The notes: generated by a model not told the origin, from the sequence alone. 61,214 nt of DNA from a virus (IMGVR_UViG_3300025887_000009), one strand, 5' to 3'. Positions 20,725 through 30,063 are shown, counted from the stretch's first letter. Numbers and translations are program-made.

Positions 20725-21078
20725 ATGGGATTTGATCCGCTTAAGAATAAAACTGTCACTCCGATCCACGATAGAGTGCTTGTAAAGAATATGAATTTTG
20801 AGATGCGCACTACAAAGAACGGAATAATTCTTCGTTCCGACGACGGTGTATCTACAGGTGTGCGTCCGCGTTGGGGACAAGTGTATGCTAAAGGTCCAGA
20901 GAACGTAGAAGCATACAGCCCCGGTGACTGGATTCTTGTAGAGCACGGGCGGTGGACACGCGGTATCAATTTCGAACACGACGAAGAAGGCGAATACACA
21001 CTGCGCATGGTAGAGGCAGAATCTGTCATGCTATGGAGCGAAGAAGAACCAAACGACATGACTATTAACAAAGGATAA
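20725..21078 (+). CDS. groES: GroES-like co-chaperonin
   Basis: PIHDRVLV...TKNGIIL...G.V.AKGP...GDWILV. Confidence 0.8.
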   Translation: MGFDPLKNKTVTPIHDRVLVKNMNFEMRTTKNGIILRSDDGVSTGVRPRWGQVYAKGPENVEAYSPGDWILVEHGRWTRGINFEHDEEGEYTLRMVEAESVMLWSEEEPNDMTINKG

Positions 21079-21089
21079 AGATAGTAAGA

Positions 21090-21494
21090 ATGACACAAGT
21101 AGATCTAAACAAATACAAAGACTTCGTGAAAGAAGTTACTTCCGAAGAATCAAATAATCTAGATGCCTTAATTAACAGGTTGACAGAACTTGAAAAAACT
21201 GTTAATATATCGTTATTGATGACAGGCGCAACAGGGCTTGCTAGTGAAGGAGGCGAATTTGCAGAGATTGTTAAGAAATGTGTATTCCAAGGCAAGCCGT
21301 TGGATGCTGATACAATCTTTCATGCTAAACGAGAACTCGGCGACATCATTTGGTATTGGACTAATAGCTGTAGAGCATTGGGAATTGATCCTAACGATGT
21401 TATCAAAGAGAACGTACATAAACTCGAGTCTAGATACCCAGGCGGATCCTTCGACGTACATTATTCAGAAAACAGAAAAGAAGGCGATTTGTAA
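21090..21494 (+). CDS. MazG-like NTP pyrophosphohydrolase
   Basis: GLASEGGEF.E..KK, RELGDIIWY, N..KL..RYP motifs. Confidence 0.85.
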   Translation: MTQVDLNKYKDFVKEVTSEESNNLDALINRLTELEKTVNISLLMTGATGLASEGGEFAEIVKKCVFQGKPLDADTIFHAKRELGDIIWYWTNSCRALGIDPNDVIKENVHKLESRYPGGSFDVHYSENRKEGDL

Positions 21495-21515
21495 CTTCTT
21501 TTCAAAAGGAGTTAT

Positions 21516-21689
21516 ATGAAATTACCTAAAACTATGCCCTCAAGCATTGGCACAGCCGGTGCAACAGGCATTGCACTAATGACACTACACATTACCGGAT
21601 TTCTTACAGGATGGGCTTGGCCCATCTTGTACGTCTTCTTGATTATAGCCGGTGTAGGGCTAGAAACACGAGGATCTAAAAATGACTAA
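21516..21689 (+). CDS. Small membrane protein (57 aa, absent from the ORF track)
   Basis: AAGGAG SD, ATG 21516, MKLPKTMPSSIGTAGATGIALMTLHITGFLTGWAWPILYVFLIIAGVGLETRGSKND*; fills the intergenic gap. Confidence 0.65.
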   Translation: MKLPKTMPSSIGTAGATGIALMTLHITGFLTGWAWPILYVFLIIAGVGLETRGSKND

Positions 21690-22218
21690 CCATGCAATGA
21701 TCGACTTGGAAACACTTAATACAACTCCTGATGCTGTTGTACTAACACTCGGTGCTGTTAAGTTTAATCCATTCAACCTGAGCGAACCAACAGACGAATT
21801 GTATCTTAAAATTAACATCGACGAGCAAGATGCACTAGGACGCACTACATCCGACGACACTATTGCTTGGTGGGCAAAACAGGATCAAAAGATTCAAGAC
21901 GAAGCATTCTCCGAAGAAGGACGTGTTGGTGTAAATGAAGCGCTAGACATTCTTACAAAATGGGTTTGGGGCAGTAAAACTATTTGGGGACAAGGATACG
22001 GCTTTGACATGACAATCCTTGAAAATATGTATCGCGGTAGCAGCAAGCCCATTCCGTGGAACTTTTGGCAAGTAATGGATAGTCGTACATTGTTTAGTGT
22101 ACTACCAAAGGATCCGCGCAAGGCTATGCAATCCGATCTTCACAATGCGTTAGCCGACGCTTACTATCAAGCAAAAGCTGTACAACTTGCATATAAAGAA
22201 TTAGGAATCGGTCGATGA
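21682..22218 (+). CDS. DEDDh 3'-5' exonuclease
   Basis: MIDLETL, FDM.IL, D.RT, HNALADA motifs. Confidence 0.85.
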   Translation: MTNHAMIDLETLNTTPDAVVLTLGAVKFNPFNLSEPTDELYLKINIDEQDALGRTTSDDTIAWWAKQDQKIQDEAFSEEGRVGVNEALDILTKWVWGSKTIWGQGYGFDMTILENMYRGSSKPIPWNFWQVMDSRTLFSVLPKDPRKAMQSDLHNALADAYYQAKAVQLAYKELGIGR

Positions 22219-23129
22219 AAGAACTTTGGGTAGAAAAATACCGTCCGAATACAGTTGAAGGATATGTGTTTCGTGACGAAGCACAAAAGAAGCAGATTAA
22301 GACTTGGATCAAAGACGGTAGCATTCCGCATTTGTTACTAAGTGGCAATGCAGGCATTGGCAAGACAACACTTGCAAAGCTATTGTTCAACGAATTAGAT
22401 ATTAATCCGTTTGATATCTTAGAGATCAACGCATCGCGTACTAACTCAGTAGACGATGTTCGCGATAAGATTGTGAATTTCGTACAAATGATTCCATTTG
22501 GTGAATTTAAAGTAGTATTGCTCGACGAGGCAGATTATTTGTCACCTAACGCACAAGCTGCTTTGCGTGGAGTAATGGAAGAATACCACAGCACTGCTAG
22601 ATTTGTGCTAACCTGCAACTATCCTAACAAAATTATTCCAGCAATTCATTCTCGGTGTCAAGGTTTTCATATTGCTAAAGTAGATCAAACTGAGTTCACA
22701 GCACGAGTGGCAGAGATTCTTATAACCGAAGGTGTTAAACTCGAGCTTGATGTTCTTGATACATACGTTAGAGCAACATATCCAGACTTGCGCAAATGTA
22801 TCAACATGGTACAAATGAATTCAGTTGACGGTAATCTTGTTGCGCCAGGAGAAGGTGACAACGGTGACCAAGACTGGATGCTTGCTATGGTTGAATTATT
22901 TAAGGATAGAAAGATTAAAGAAGCCCGTAAGTTGCTATGTGGCAAAGTGCGTCCAGAAGAAATGGAAACAGTTTATCGCTGGCTGTATGATAATATTGAA
23001 ATTTTCGGCGATGATGATAATCAAGATAAAGCTGTGCTTGCTATCAAGCAAGGCATGGTCGATCACACACTTGTAGTCGATCCAGAAATCAATCTTGCAG
23101 CAGTATTAATCAAACTAGGGAGATTATAA
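22215..23129 (+). CDS. Clamp loader AAA+ subunit (RFC small subunit/T4 gp44-like)
   Basis: LWVEKYRP, G.AGIGKTT, INAS, LLDEAD, SRC motifs. Confidence 0.92.
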   Translation: MKELWVEKYRPNTVEGYVFRDEAQKKQIKTWIKDGSIPHLLLSGNAGIGKTTLAKLLFNELDINPFDILEINASRTNSVDDVRDKIVNFVQMIPFGEFKVVLLDEADYLSPNAQAALRGVMEEYHSTARFVLTCNYPNKIIPAIHSRCQGFHIAKVDQTEFTARVAEILITEGVKLELDVLDTYVRATYPDLRKCINMVQMNSVDGNLVAPGEGDNGDQDWMLAMVELFKDRKIKEARKLLCGKVRPEEMETVYRWLYDNIEIFGDDDNQDKAVLAIKQGMVDHTLVVDPEINLAAVLIKLGRL

Positions 23130-23404
23130 TGAGTAGAGTTTGGAAAAAGTTTTTAACGAGTGTATTTAAAACAATAGGCAAGGGTCTATTAATATTTGTA
23201 GTATACGCAGTTATTTGCACAGCGCTTGGTTTTGTGTTGCATCTTCTCGGAATGCCAATGGAACCGATCATTACAATTAGCACTCTGGCTCCTTTGATTT
23301 TAGTATTTATAGGGTATCTACTGTACGAAACATATCAGAGTGCCAAGAGTGAAGTAGAATACGAAAATCAAAAATTAATTCGTAATATAAAAACAGGATA
23401 TTAA
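23129..23404 (+). CDS. Small two-TM membrane protein
   Basis: Hydrophobic segments; resembles next ORF. Confidence 0.65.
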   Translation: MSRVWKKFLTSVFKTIGKGLLIFVVYAVICTALGFVLHLLGMPMEPIITISTLAPLILVFIGYLLYETYQSAKSEVEYENQKLIRNIKTGY

Positions 23405-23405
23405 A

Positions 23406-23729
23406 ATGCGTACCCGAATCTGGAAACGAGTTATGACAATAGCGTGGAATGAGGTAAAGACGCCTCTTCTAACAACACTAAGGACAGGATTTATATTCCT
23501 GTATTATATAGCGTTAGTTGCATTACAAATATACTTTTTTGATAAAGTGATAGATATACGTCAATATCATGATGTATTTTTGCTTGCGGCTATTGTATTC
23601 ATTCTTTCTAGTCCCGTAGTGTTAGCTTTTGTTGCTATAGAGATTAGGGAATGGTACAAACAAGCTGTAAAAGAAATCAAAGAAGAAAACAAAATACTTT
23701 CCGATCAATTAACAAAGGATTATAAATGA
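23406..23729 (+). CDS. Small two-TM membrane protein
   Basis: Hydrophobic segments; R.WK N-terminus and Y..A..E...EN C-terminus shared with previous ORF. Confidence 0.65.
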   Translation: MRTRIWKRVMTIAWNEVKTPLLTTLRTGFIFLYYIALVALQIYFFDKVIDIRQYHDVFLLAAIVFILSSPVVLAFVAIEIREWYKQAVKEIKEENKILSDQLTKDYK

Positions 23730-24223
23730 TTCGAGCAATACTAGCATGTGACGAACATTGGGGCATAGGCAAAGATAACACTTTGCCGTGGCCGCATAAT
23801 CCTGCAGATTTAAAATGGTTTAAAGAATCCACCGACAACAGTGTTGTTATAATGGGCCGGCACACTTGGGAAAGCTTGCCAAAGAGACCGTTGCCTAATC
23901 GCATCAACTATGTGATTGCGTCTAATCCTGATATTTCTCCAGGATATTATGGGAGATTCTCCGTAGCAAATCCGAACAAACTCGGAAAAGCAATTACAGC
24001 TATAATACAAGATCGACATATTACACAGTCGGACATATGGATTATTGGTGGATCACAGCTGGTTAATAGTTGCCTTAGTATAATCGACGAGATTTGGCTT
24101 AGTCGAATCTCAGGCACATACAGTTGCGACACGTTCCTTCCTCGCACTGCAATCGAACTAACTTTTAGATTAGACAGCACCGAAGACATAAATGGATTGT
24201 GTATAGAAAAATGGAAAAAATAG
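23726..24223 (+). CDS. folA: Dihydrofolate reductase
   Basis: GIGKDNTLPW, DLKWFK, VIMGRHTWESL, PLPNR, IIGG, CDTF. Confidence 0.95.
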   Translation: MIRAILACDEHWGIGKDNTLPWPHNPADLKWFKESTDNSVVIMGRHTWESLPKRPLPNRINYVIASNPDISPGYYGRFSVANPNKLGKAITAIIQDRHITQSDIWIIGGSQLVNSCLSIIDEIWLSRISGTYSCDTFLPRTAIELTFRLDSTEDINGLCIEKWKK

Positions 24224-24450
24224 ATTATATTAAACGATTTGCGTACTTACCGACGCGGTTAGATTCCGGTTGGATATGGCTCAAAACTTATTGGATTAAA
24301 GCAATACATTTTGACCCGCCATTACGGATGCACAATCCGGTTGGATATTCTTATTATGTCGGAGGAAGATACTACCGGCTATCTCAATACGAAAGAGAAA
24401 AAGACGAAACAATATATCTACTAACTAATCAAATAGACAAGAAGAATTAA
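24211..24450 (+). CDS. Accessory hypothetical protein (slot allele A)
   Basis: ATG 24211 overlaps DHFR end; KRFAYLP...IWLKTYW. Confidence 0.6.
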   Translation: MEKIDYIKRFAYLPTRLDSGWIWLKTYWIKAIHFDPPLRMHNPVGYSYYVGGRYYRLSQYEREKDETIYLLTNQIDKKN

Positions 24451-24512
24451 TAAAAGAATATTTAAACGCACTAGAATATATTAAAGAAAACGGACTTCAT
24501 ATAGAAAAATGG
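24450..24512 (+). repeat. Chimeric junction: copy of thyA 5' end fused to a DHFR-like 3' end
   Basis: 24453-24478 identical to 24787-24812 (thyA, ATG replaced by ATA); TATAGAAAAATGG at 24500-24512 identical to 24202-24214 of the DHFR gene. Confidence 0.85.
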
Positions 24513-24787
24513 CCAAGGATACAATAGTTATTAAAAAGTTTTCATTGGAAAAGAACAATGGCTGGTTTCGTGAAACCATTGCTCAAAAAAAATATGCTTG
24601 GCTGCCACGGATTATTTCTAATAAACGTATATGGAGAGAATACTATTTTAAAGTAACTTCGTCGTTTGAACCAATTAATCTTAGCGAGCCCGGAATGGTT
24701 CACAACGAATATGAATTTTATACTGAAAAAGAGTTTACACTATATTTATTAAGAGAGCAAGCAGGAATTAAAAAGGACCCACTATGA
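24509..24787 (+). CDS. Accessory hypothetical protein (slot allele B, distant paralogue of 24211 ORF)
   Basis: KKYAWLP...IWREYY and LYLL motifs resemble the 24211 ORF; ATGA overlap with thyA. Confidence 0.6.
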   Translation: MAKDTIVIKKFSLEKNNGWFRETIAQKKYAWLPRIISNKRIWREYYFKVTSSFEPINLSEPGMVHNEYEFYTEKEFTLYLLREQAGIKKDPL

Positions 24788-25650
24788 AAGAATATTTAAA
24801 CGCACTAGAATACATTCTAGAAAACGGCAAGGATCGCGGAGACAGGACCGGCGTAGGAACGCGCGGAGTGTTCGGTTACCAGATGCGATTTAATTTGCGC
24901 AAAGAATTCCCCGCAGTAACTACAAAGAAGCTAGCATGGAAATCTGTTGTTAGCGAACTATTGTGGATGCTCGAAGGGTCAACCGACGAACGCAGACTAG
25001 CTGAAATACATTACGGCAAGCCTCGTGAAGAACTCATAGGCAAGACTACAATATGGACTGCAAACGCAGACAACCAAGGCGCTGCACTCGGACACACTAA
25101 CACAGACATAGAAAAAGATCTCGGACCAGTATACGGTGGTCAATGGCGTTCTTGGGATGCAAAGTTAGGTTATGTAGATCAAATTTCACAAGTACTTGAA
25201 AGCTTGCATTACGATCCCGAAGGACGCAGGCATGTTGTAAGTGCATGGAATGCAGATGTTATTAACATTATGGCGTTACCGCCGTGTCACTGTTTGTTTC
25301 AATTTCATGTACAAGACGGTGAATTAAGCTGCCAGTTGTACCAGCGCTCAGCAGATATGTTTCTCGGCGTGCCATTTAATATTGCATCATATAGCCTACT
25401 TACACACATGATTGCACAGTTGCTTGAACTTAAAGTAGGTGACTTTATTTGGACAGGTGGGGATTGTCACATCTATCAGAATCACATGGATCAAGTTAAG
25501 GAACAAATTACTCGCACGCCTATGCCAGGTCCGCATTTGCTTATGCCTGCATTTAATAATCTAAAAGAGATTGCAAAGACTGTACCAAGTGATTATAAAT
25601 TAATCAACTATGATCCAATGGATAGTATTAAAGCACCGATGGCAGTGTGA
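24784..25650 (+). CDS. thyA: Thymidylate synthase
   Basis: DRTGVGT, TTKK, ELLW, LGPVYG.QWR, MALPPCH, YQRSAD.FLGVPFN, GDCHIY.NH. Confidence 0.97.
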   Translation: MKEYLNALEYILENGKDRGDRTGVGTRGVFGYQMRFNLRKEFPAVTTKKLAWKSVVSELLWMLEGSTDERRLAEIHYGKPREELIGKTTIWTANADNQGAALGHTNTDIEKDLGPVYGGQWRSWDAKLGYVDQISQVLESLHYDPEGRRHVVSAWNADVINIMALPPCHCLFQFHVQDGELSCQLYQRSADMFLGVPFNIASYSLLTHMIAQLLELKVGDFIWTGGDCHIYQNHMDQVKEQITRTPMPGPHLLMPAFNNLKEIAKTVPSDYKLINYDPMDSIKAPMAV

Positions 25651-25669
25651 GGGGAATTGACCCCTCACA
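25646..25669. terminator. Hairpin between convergent thyA and phoH
   Basis: TGTGAGGGG-aattga-CCCCTCACA perfect 9-bp stem. Confidence 0.7.
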
Positions 25670-25676
25670 ATAATAG

Positions 25677-26408
25677 TTAGTCACCGTAAAGTTCTAGGAC
25701 TTCTTTTACAGCTTCGTGACGTTCAATGTCACAGCCTTGGAACTGCACTACAGTAATACGATTAGATGGCTTGTTATTGATTTTCTTAATGAAATCTAAC
25801 AAGCCATTATCACTTTGCCTGTCCGCTTGTGCAAGGTCGCCTGTTACTGCCATCTCGGAACCTTGTCCGATTCTAGTTAGCAACATCTTCATTTGACTAG
25901 GCGTAGCGTTTTGCATCTCGTCTGCAATAATGTAAGAATCTTTAAAAGTGCGTCCGCGCATATAAGCTAATGGCGCAATTTCGAGAACTCCTTCTGCTAA
26001 CATACCTTCTAGCTCTCTTGCTGTAAAGTATTCGCGTAGAACATCAAAGATCGGACGCGTCCACGGAGCCATTTTTTCTTCCAGTGTTCCTGGTAAAAAT
26101 CCTAGGTCCTCGTCTACACTGCAAGCTGGTCGTGTTACAATGATCTTATCAACGTCGCCGTCTTTGAACTTCTTGATAGCCACTAGTACAGCTAACATGG
26201 TTTTACCCGTGCCTGCTGGTCCTATTCCAAATGTAATGTTGGTTTGTGGATCAAGGAGTTGAAATACATAATTTTCTTGATTAACTCCTCTTGGGATAAT
26301 TTTGACTTCTTTTTTCTTTTTTTCGAAGTCTATATTTACTACGTTTAGGTACCTTTCGTTTTTGTTACTGTTGTTGTTTCCGCGATTGGTTTTCCTTTTA
26401 GCACCCAT
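25677..26408 (-). CDS. phoH: PhoH-like ATPase
   Basis: GPAGTGKT, LGFLPG, PLAYMRGRTF, DEMQN, LTRIG, GDLAQ.D, RH motifs; AAGGAGG SD. Confidence 0.95.
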   Translation of the reverse strand: MGAKRKTNRGNNNSNKNERYLNVVNIDFEKKKKEVKIIPRGVNQENYVFQLLDPQTNITFGIGPAGTGKTMLAVLVAIKKFKDGDVDKIIVTRPACSVDEDLGFLPGTLEEKMAPWTRPIFDVLREYFTARELEGMLAEGVLEIAPLAYMRGRTFKDSYIIADEMQNATPSQMKMLLTRIGQGSEMAVTGDLAQADRQSDNGLLDFIKKINNKPSNRITVVQFQGCDIERHEAVKEVLELYGD

Positions 26409-26455
26409 AAAATCCTCCTTAATGGATTGCGTAGGAATGTTTTCTTCCTACATGA

Positions 26456-26514
26456 TATTTACCGAATCAAAAAAAGATAAAAGCGCAACTATAAAAATTT
26501 CATTACGCTAAATA
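26456..26514. promoter_or_regulatory. Divergent late promoters for phoH and the 26540 operon
   Basis: TAAATA on minus strand 26456-26461 and on plus strand 26509-26514. Confidence 0.6.
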
Positions 26515-26539
26515 AGTGTATAGCCACGAAGGACAAATT

Positions 26540-27091
26540 ATGTACGATATGTTAGACATCCTAAAAAATATTGAGAACATCACTGAGACTCCGAACTCAT
26601 TTGAAATTCTCAAAGACTTTGAAAGGGTAATCGATGAACTAGACTTATACGTCTACGAAAACTGGGAAGACGGTGAGCTTGTTATGGGTCCTCGTGTAGA
26701 ACGCTATTGGGTAACTTGCGCATTTATGTGGCCACGTGATAAGATGCCTGATCCAATGGGCGGCAAGCGTTTGTTAGATTATGACTGCACAGTTAAGTAT
26801 AAAAAGGATTATGTAGTTGTTCCTAGGCCAATCGTCGAGCCAGACGATGTACGTCCGGGTACACAAAAAGGCAAACTAGATCAAAAGCCAGTGTGGTTTG
26901 TTGAGATCAAAATGCCAAAGAAATTAATCAAAGATATTTACGGCGGTCATAGAGATTATCTTGATCAAGAAATCGAAAAGCAAGAGATCGCGCCGCAAGA
27001 AGATCAAGACGCGGATTTGATGGCAGAACCAGAAATGGAACCAGAATTAGGCGGTGACGAACCTGCAGGCGAAGAAGGGGTTACACTATAA
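26540..27091 (+). CDS. Hypothetical protein, acidic C-terminus
   Basis: AAGGA SD before ATG 26540; MPDPMGG.RL motif. Confidence 0.7.
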   Translation: MYDMLDILKNIENITETPNSFEILKDFERVIDELDLYVYENWEDGELVMGPRVERYWVTCAFMWPRDKMPDPMGGKRLLDYDCTVKYKKDYVVVPRPIVEPDDVRPGTQKGKLDQKPVWFVEIKMPKKLIKDIYGGHRDYLDQEIEKQEIAPQEDQDADLMAEPEMEPELGGDEPAGEEGVTL

Positions 27092-27804
27092 TGGGATTAC
27101 TCAAAGGCGATCTTAATAACCTTGTACATCATGTATTTGAGATTGACGAATACAAATCAAAGATGGGCGAAGACGCAGATATTATTACCTTAAGCTTTGT
27201 AGTACACGACAAAGAACCTGCAGACGATTTTGTTAAATTTGTCGAAGCAGGTTATGAGTTTGTACTAGACGCTGATGCAACAGCAGGCGAGCAAGATGAC
27301 GGCAAGTATCGTGTGTTTATTGAGATTGAACGGAACCGAGATGCGATTGATTGCATACTTAACATCGTCGACGGTGTCGGAAAACTTGCTAACTTAGATG
27401 ACATACGTTTTAGATATCGTAAGAATTTTCGCAGTCATCCTGCAACAAGAGAAGAACTCGAAGGCGAAGTTCCGACTGATCCTGATGCATATGACTTGCG
27501 TGTTACTGAATCGGTTATTGACAATTACAAAGATTTCTTTAGCAGAAGTTTTGTAGAAGAAGTCAAACTCGACGACGAGTTGCTTACTATTAAAAAAATG
27601 TATGCAGAAGCAGTATACTTTAAAGTATTAGATTTTGGCGACAGCACAGACATTAGAGAATCAATCACCGAAACTATAAACTTTAATGATTGGGCAGAGA
27701 TTATATACCTAACCAAATACATCGGCGATTACAACATAACAAAATATGGTAAGAAAATTACCATAGAAAATAAAGAAAAGACGTTAGTGCTAGAACGTCT
27801 TTAA
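27091..27804 (+). CDS. Hypothetical protein
   Basis: 237 aa ORF coupled by TAATG overlap. Confidence 0.7.
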   Translation: MGLLKGDLNNLVHHVFEIDEYKSKMGEDADIITLSFVVHDKEPADDFVKFVEAGYEFVLDADATAGEQDDGKYRVFIEIERNRDAIDCILNIVDGVGKLANLDDIRFRYRKNFRSHPATREELEGEVPTDPDAYDLRVTESVIDNYKDFFSRSFVEEVKLDDELLTIKKMYAEAVYFKVLDFGDSTDIRESITETINFNDWAEIIYLTKYIGDYNITKYGKKITIENKEKTLVLERL

Positions 27805-27813
27805 GGAGCGATA

Positions 27814-28668
27814 ATGAACTTTAAGTTTAACTTTACTGAAAATCAAGTTCGAGAATTATTACCAAGAAATAAAGAACCCAGGGAATGGTTTAGAGCAATG
27901 AACGAAATACTTCCATTGTGGGATATTAACACTACGCTAAGAGTGGCGGGATTTATTGCACAAACTGCATACGAAAGCAGTGACTATCAAATGTTAAATG
28001 AGAACCTTAACTATTCTGCAACTCGACTAAATCAGGTATTTCCTAAATATTTTAGACGCGCCGGACGAGACGCAACGCAGTATCACCGGCAGCCGGAAAA
28101 GATTGCAAACATAGTATATGCAAACCGTATGGATAATGGCAATATTGCGTCAGGCGACGGATGGCGATATCGTGGCAGAGGGATCATTCAACTTACTGGC
28201 AAATACAATTACACACAGTTTGCTAAAGCAATGGAAATGGACCTCGACGAAGCAGTTGAATACGTCGGTACAAAGAAGGGCGCATTAGATTCAGCTTGCT
28301 GGTTTTGGGATTCAAGAAAATTAAATGATGTTGCAGACCGGGGCGATATTGACAGAATGACAAAATTAATCAATGGCGGCGATCACGGCAAGCTAGAACG
28401 TGCTGCACTTTACAGACGAGCATTGCGTGTATTCAAAACTGTGACTGGATCTACTAGTTATGATCCGAGAACCAAGGCATCGTATTCAACAGTAAAGATC
28501 GGATCGCAAGGCGACACTGTTACAGCCATCCAACGTGCATTACGAACAGACGTTGATGGTATATTCGGGCACGGGACTGCAAATGCATTAAAGAATTGGC
28601 AAGCTGCTAACGGTTTAGTGCCCGACGGCGTTGCCGGACCAAACACATTAAAGAAGTTGCTAGGCTGA
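27814..28668 (+). CDS. Endolysin: GH19-like catalytic domain plus peptidoglycan-binding domain
   Basis: F.AQ..YES, ENLNYS, GDGWRYRGRGIIQLTGKYNY, INGG; C-terminal DGIFG..T...WQ...GL.PDG.AGP.T. Confidence 0.9.
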   Translation: MNFKFNFTENQVRELLPRNKEPREWFRAMNEILPLWDINTTLRVAGFIAQTAYESSDYQMLNENLNYSATRLNQVFPKYFRRAGRDATQYHRQPEKIANIVYANRMDNGNIASGDGWRYRGRGIIQLTGKYNYTQFAKAMEMDLDEAVEYVGTKKGALDSACWFWDSRKLNDVADRGDIDRMTKLINGGDHGKLERAALYRRALRVFKTVTGSTSYDPRTKASYSTVKIGSQGDTVTAIQRALRTDVDGIFGHGTANALKNWQAANGLVPDGVAGPNTLKKLLG

Positions 28669-29132
28669 TGTTTGGAGGGATTGGATTCAAAATTGCCGGA
28701 GTGTTTATGGCAATTATCGCTGTGCTTCTGGTTGGTTTTTATTTTTATTACACTAGCTCACAAGCAACCATTGCGACATTAAATCAAAACAACGCAAAGT
28801 TAGAAACAGCAATAGAATTAAACGAAGAAACTATTAATACACTACAGGAAGACTATGCCAAAGTTACGATAGAACTAACGCAAGTGAATACTGAATTTCA
28901 AGCTGCTAGAGATCAAAATGCAGAATTGCAGGACCGCCTGAGCAAAAATGACATAGGTGTACTTGCTAACGGTAAACCAAAGTTAGTAGAACGTGTGATA
29001 AACAATGCAAGCGAAAAGGCAGCAAGATGCTTCGAATTGTTAAGTGGAGCAAGACTAACCGACAAGGAAAGAAACGCTACTTCAGCAAGAGACTTTAACT
29101 CTGAATGTCCGTGGCTATGGAAAAGACAATGA
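28668..29132 (+). CDS. i-spanin (Rz-like)
   Basis: N-terminal TM anchor, long coiled coil, C-terminal cysteines; directly after endolysin. Confidence 0.7.
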   Translation: MFGGIGFKIAGVFMAIIAVLLVGFYFYYTSSQATIATLNQNNAKLETAIELNEETINTLQEDYAKVTIELTQVNTEFQAARDQNAELQDRLSKNDIGVLANGKPKLVERVINNASEKAARCFELLSGARLTDKERNATSARDFNSECPWLWKRQ

Positions 29133-29590
29133 ACGTATTATTAAAGACATTAATTGTTGTAAGTGTGCTATTTGTAGCATCTTGCGGCGACAAAGTAAAT
29201 CCAATTGAGATTTCAACTAGTCCTGTAGAAAAGCCACAATTAACTCTGCCTGCCGCAGACACTCTTAAACTAAGAGAAATAAAATGGATTATTGTAACAG
29301 AAGATAATGCGCAATCAGCATTTGATCAACTTAAAGCAGACGGTAAAGATCCTGTATTGTTTGGATTGTCAGACGAAGGGTACGAGGCGTTGTCTCTTAA
29401 TCTTGCAGACGTTAGACGATACATTCAGCAGCAAAAAACTATTATTGCTTCTTATGGGCGCTACTATTTAAACGCCGAAGAAAAATTAGAAGCAGCACAA
29501 CGGCAGCTTGCTACTATCGAACAACAAATAGCCGAAGAAAATAACAGACGCTCTAGTTCCAGTACTTCTATATTCAGCCGTAACAACTAA
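29129..29590 (+). CDS. o-spanin-like lipoprotein
   Basis: Signal peptide with lipobox VAS-C (MNVLLKTLIVVSVLFVASCG); ATGA overlap with i-spanin. Confidence 0.7.
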   Translation: MNVLLKTLIVVSVLFVASCGDKVNPIEISTSPVEKPQLTLPAADTLKLREIKWIIVTEDNAQSAFDQLKADGKDPVLFGLSDEGYEALSLNLADVRRYIQQQKTIIASYGRYYLNAEEKLEAAQRQLATIEQQIAEENNRRSSSSTSIFSRNN

Positions 29591-29628
29591 GCACCTTCTT
29601 ATAAATACGTATAGAATATAGGGAGGGC
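29591..29628 (+). promoter_or_regulatory. Late promoter TATAAATA within a hairpin that masks the SD of the next gene
   Basis: GCaCCTTCTTATA can pair with TATAGGGAGGGC (G:U allowed, one bulge); TATAAATA 29600-29607. Confidence 0.6.
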
Positions 29629-29634
29629 AACCCC

Positions 29635-30063
29635 ATGCCAAGAAGGCACCCGGATGATTACGATAGTCACGATGACTATAATGAACCAGCATACGAAGAA
29701 ACAAAGACATACAGAGGTAATAACGCGCCGGACGATAACTCGCATGATATTATAATTGAAAATGGCGAAAATGGAGTAACTCGAAAAATTAAGCTAGATC
29801 TCGAAGTCGATGCTACTGCAAGAGATCTAGGACCCAATCCATTTAGTAAATGGATTCATTTAGCTAGAGCAATTGATAGCTGGCGTCCGTTTCCGCGGCT
29901 GTTTATTTCAATCTACATATACATTCTTTATAGAGTCGTCGAATGGTACATAATGTTACCAGACCCTACTATGGAACAAAGTGGACTCATAAGCGTTGTC
30001 GTTGGTGCCGGTGCTGCTTGGTTTGGCTTGTATGTTGGATCAGGACGAGGTCCTAGAGAGTAA
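29635..30063 (+). CDS. Putative holin-like membrane protein
   Basis: Two C-terminal TM helices (WRPFPRLFI...; GLISVVVGAGAAWFGLY); next to endolysin and spanins. Confidence 0.5.
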   Translation: MPRRHPDDYDSHDDYNEPAYEETKTYRGNNAPDDNSHDIIIENGENGVTRKIKLDLEVDATARDLGPNPFSKWIHLARAIDSWRPFPRLFISIYIYILYRVVEWYIMLPDPTMEQSGLISVVVGAGAAWFGLYVGSGRGPRE

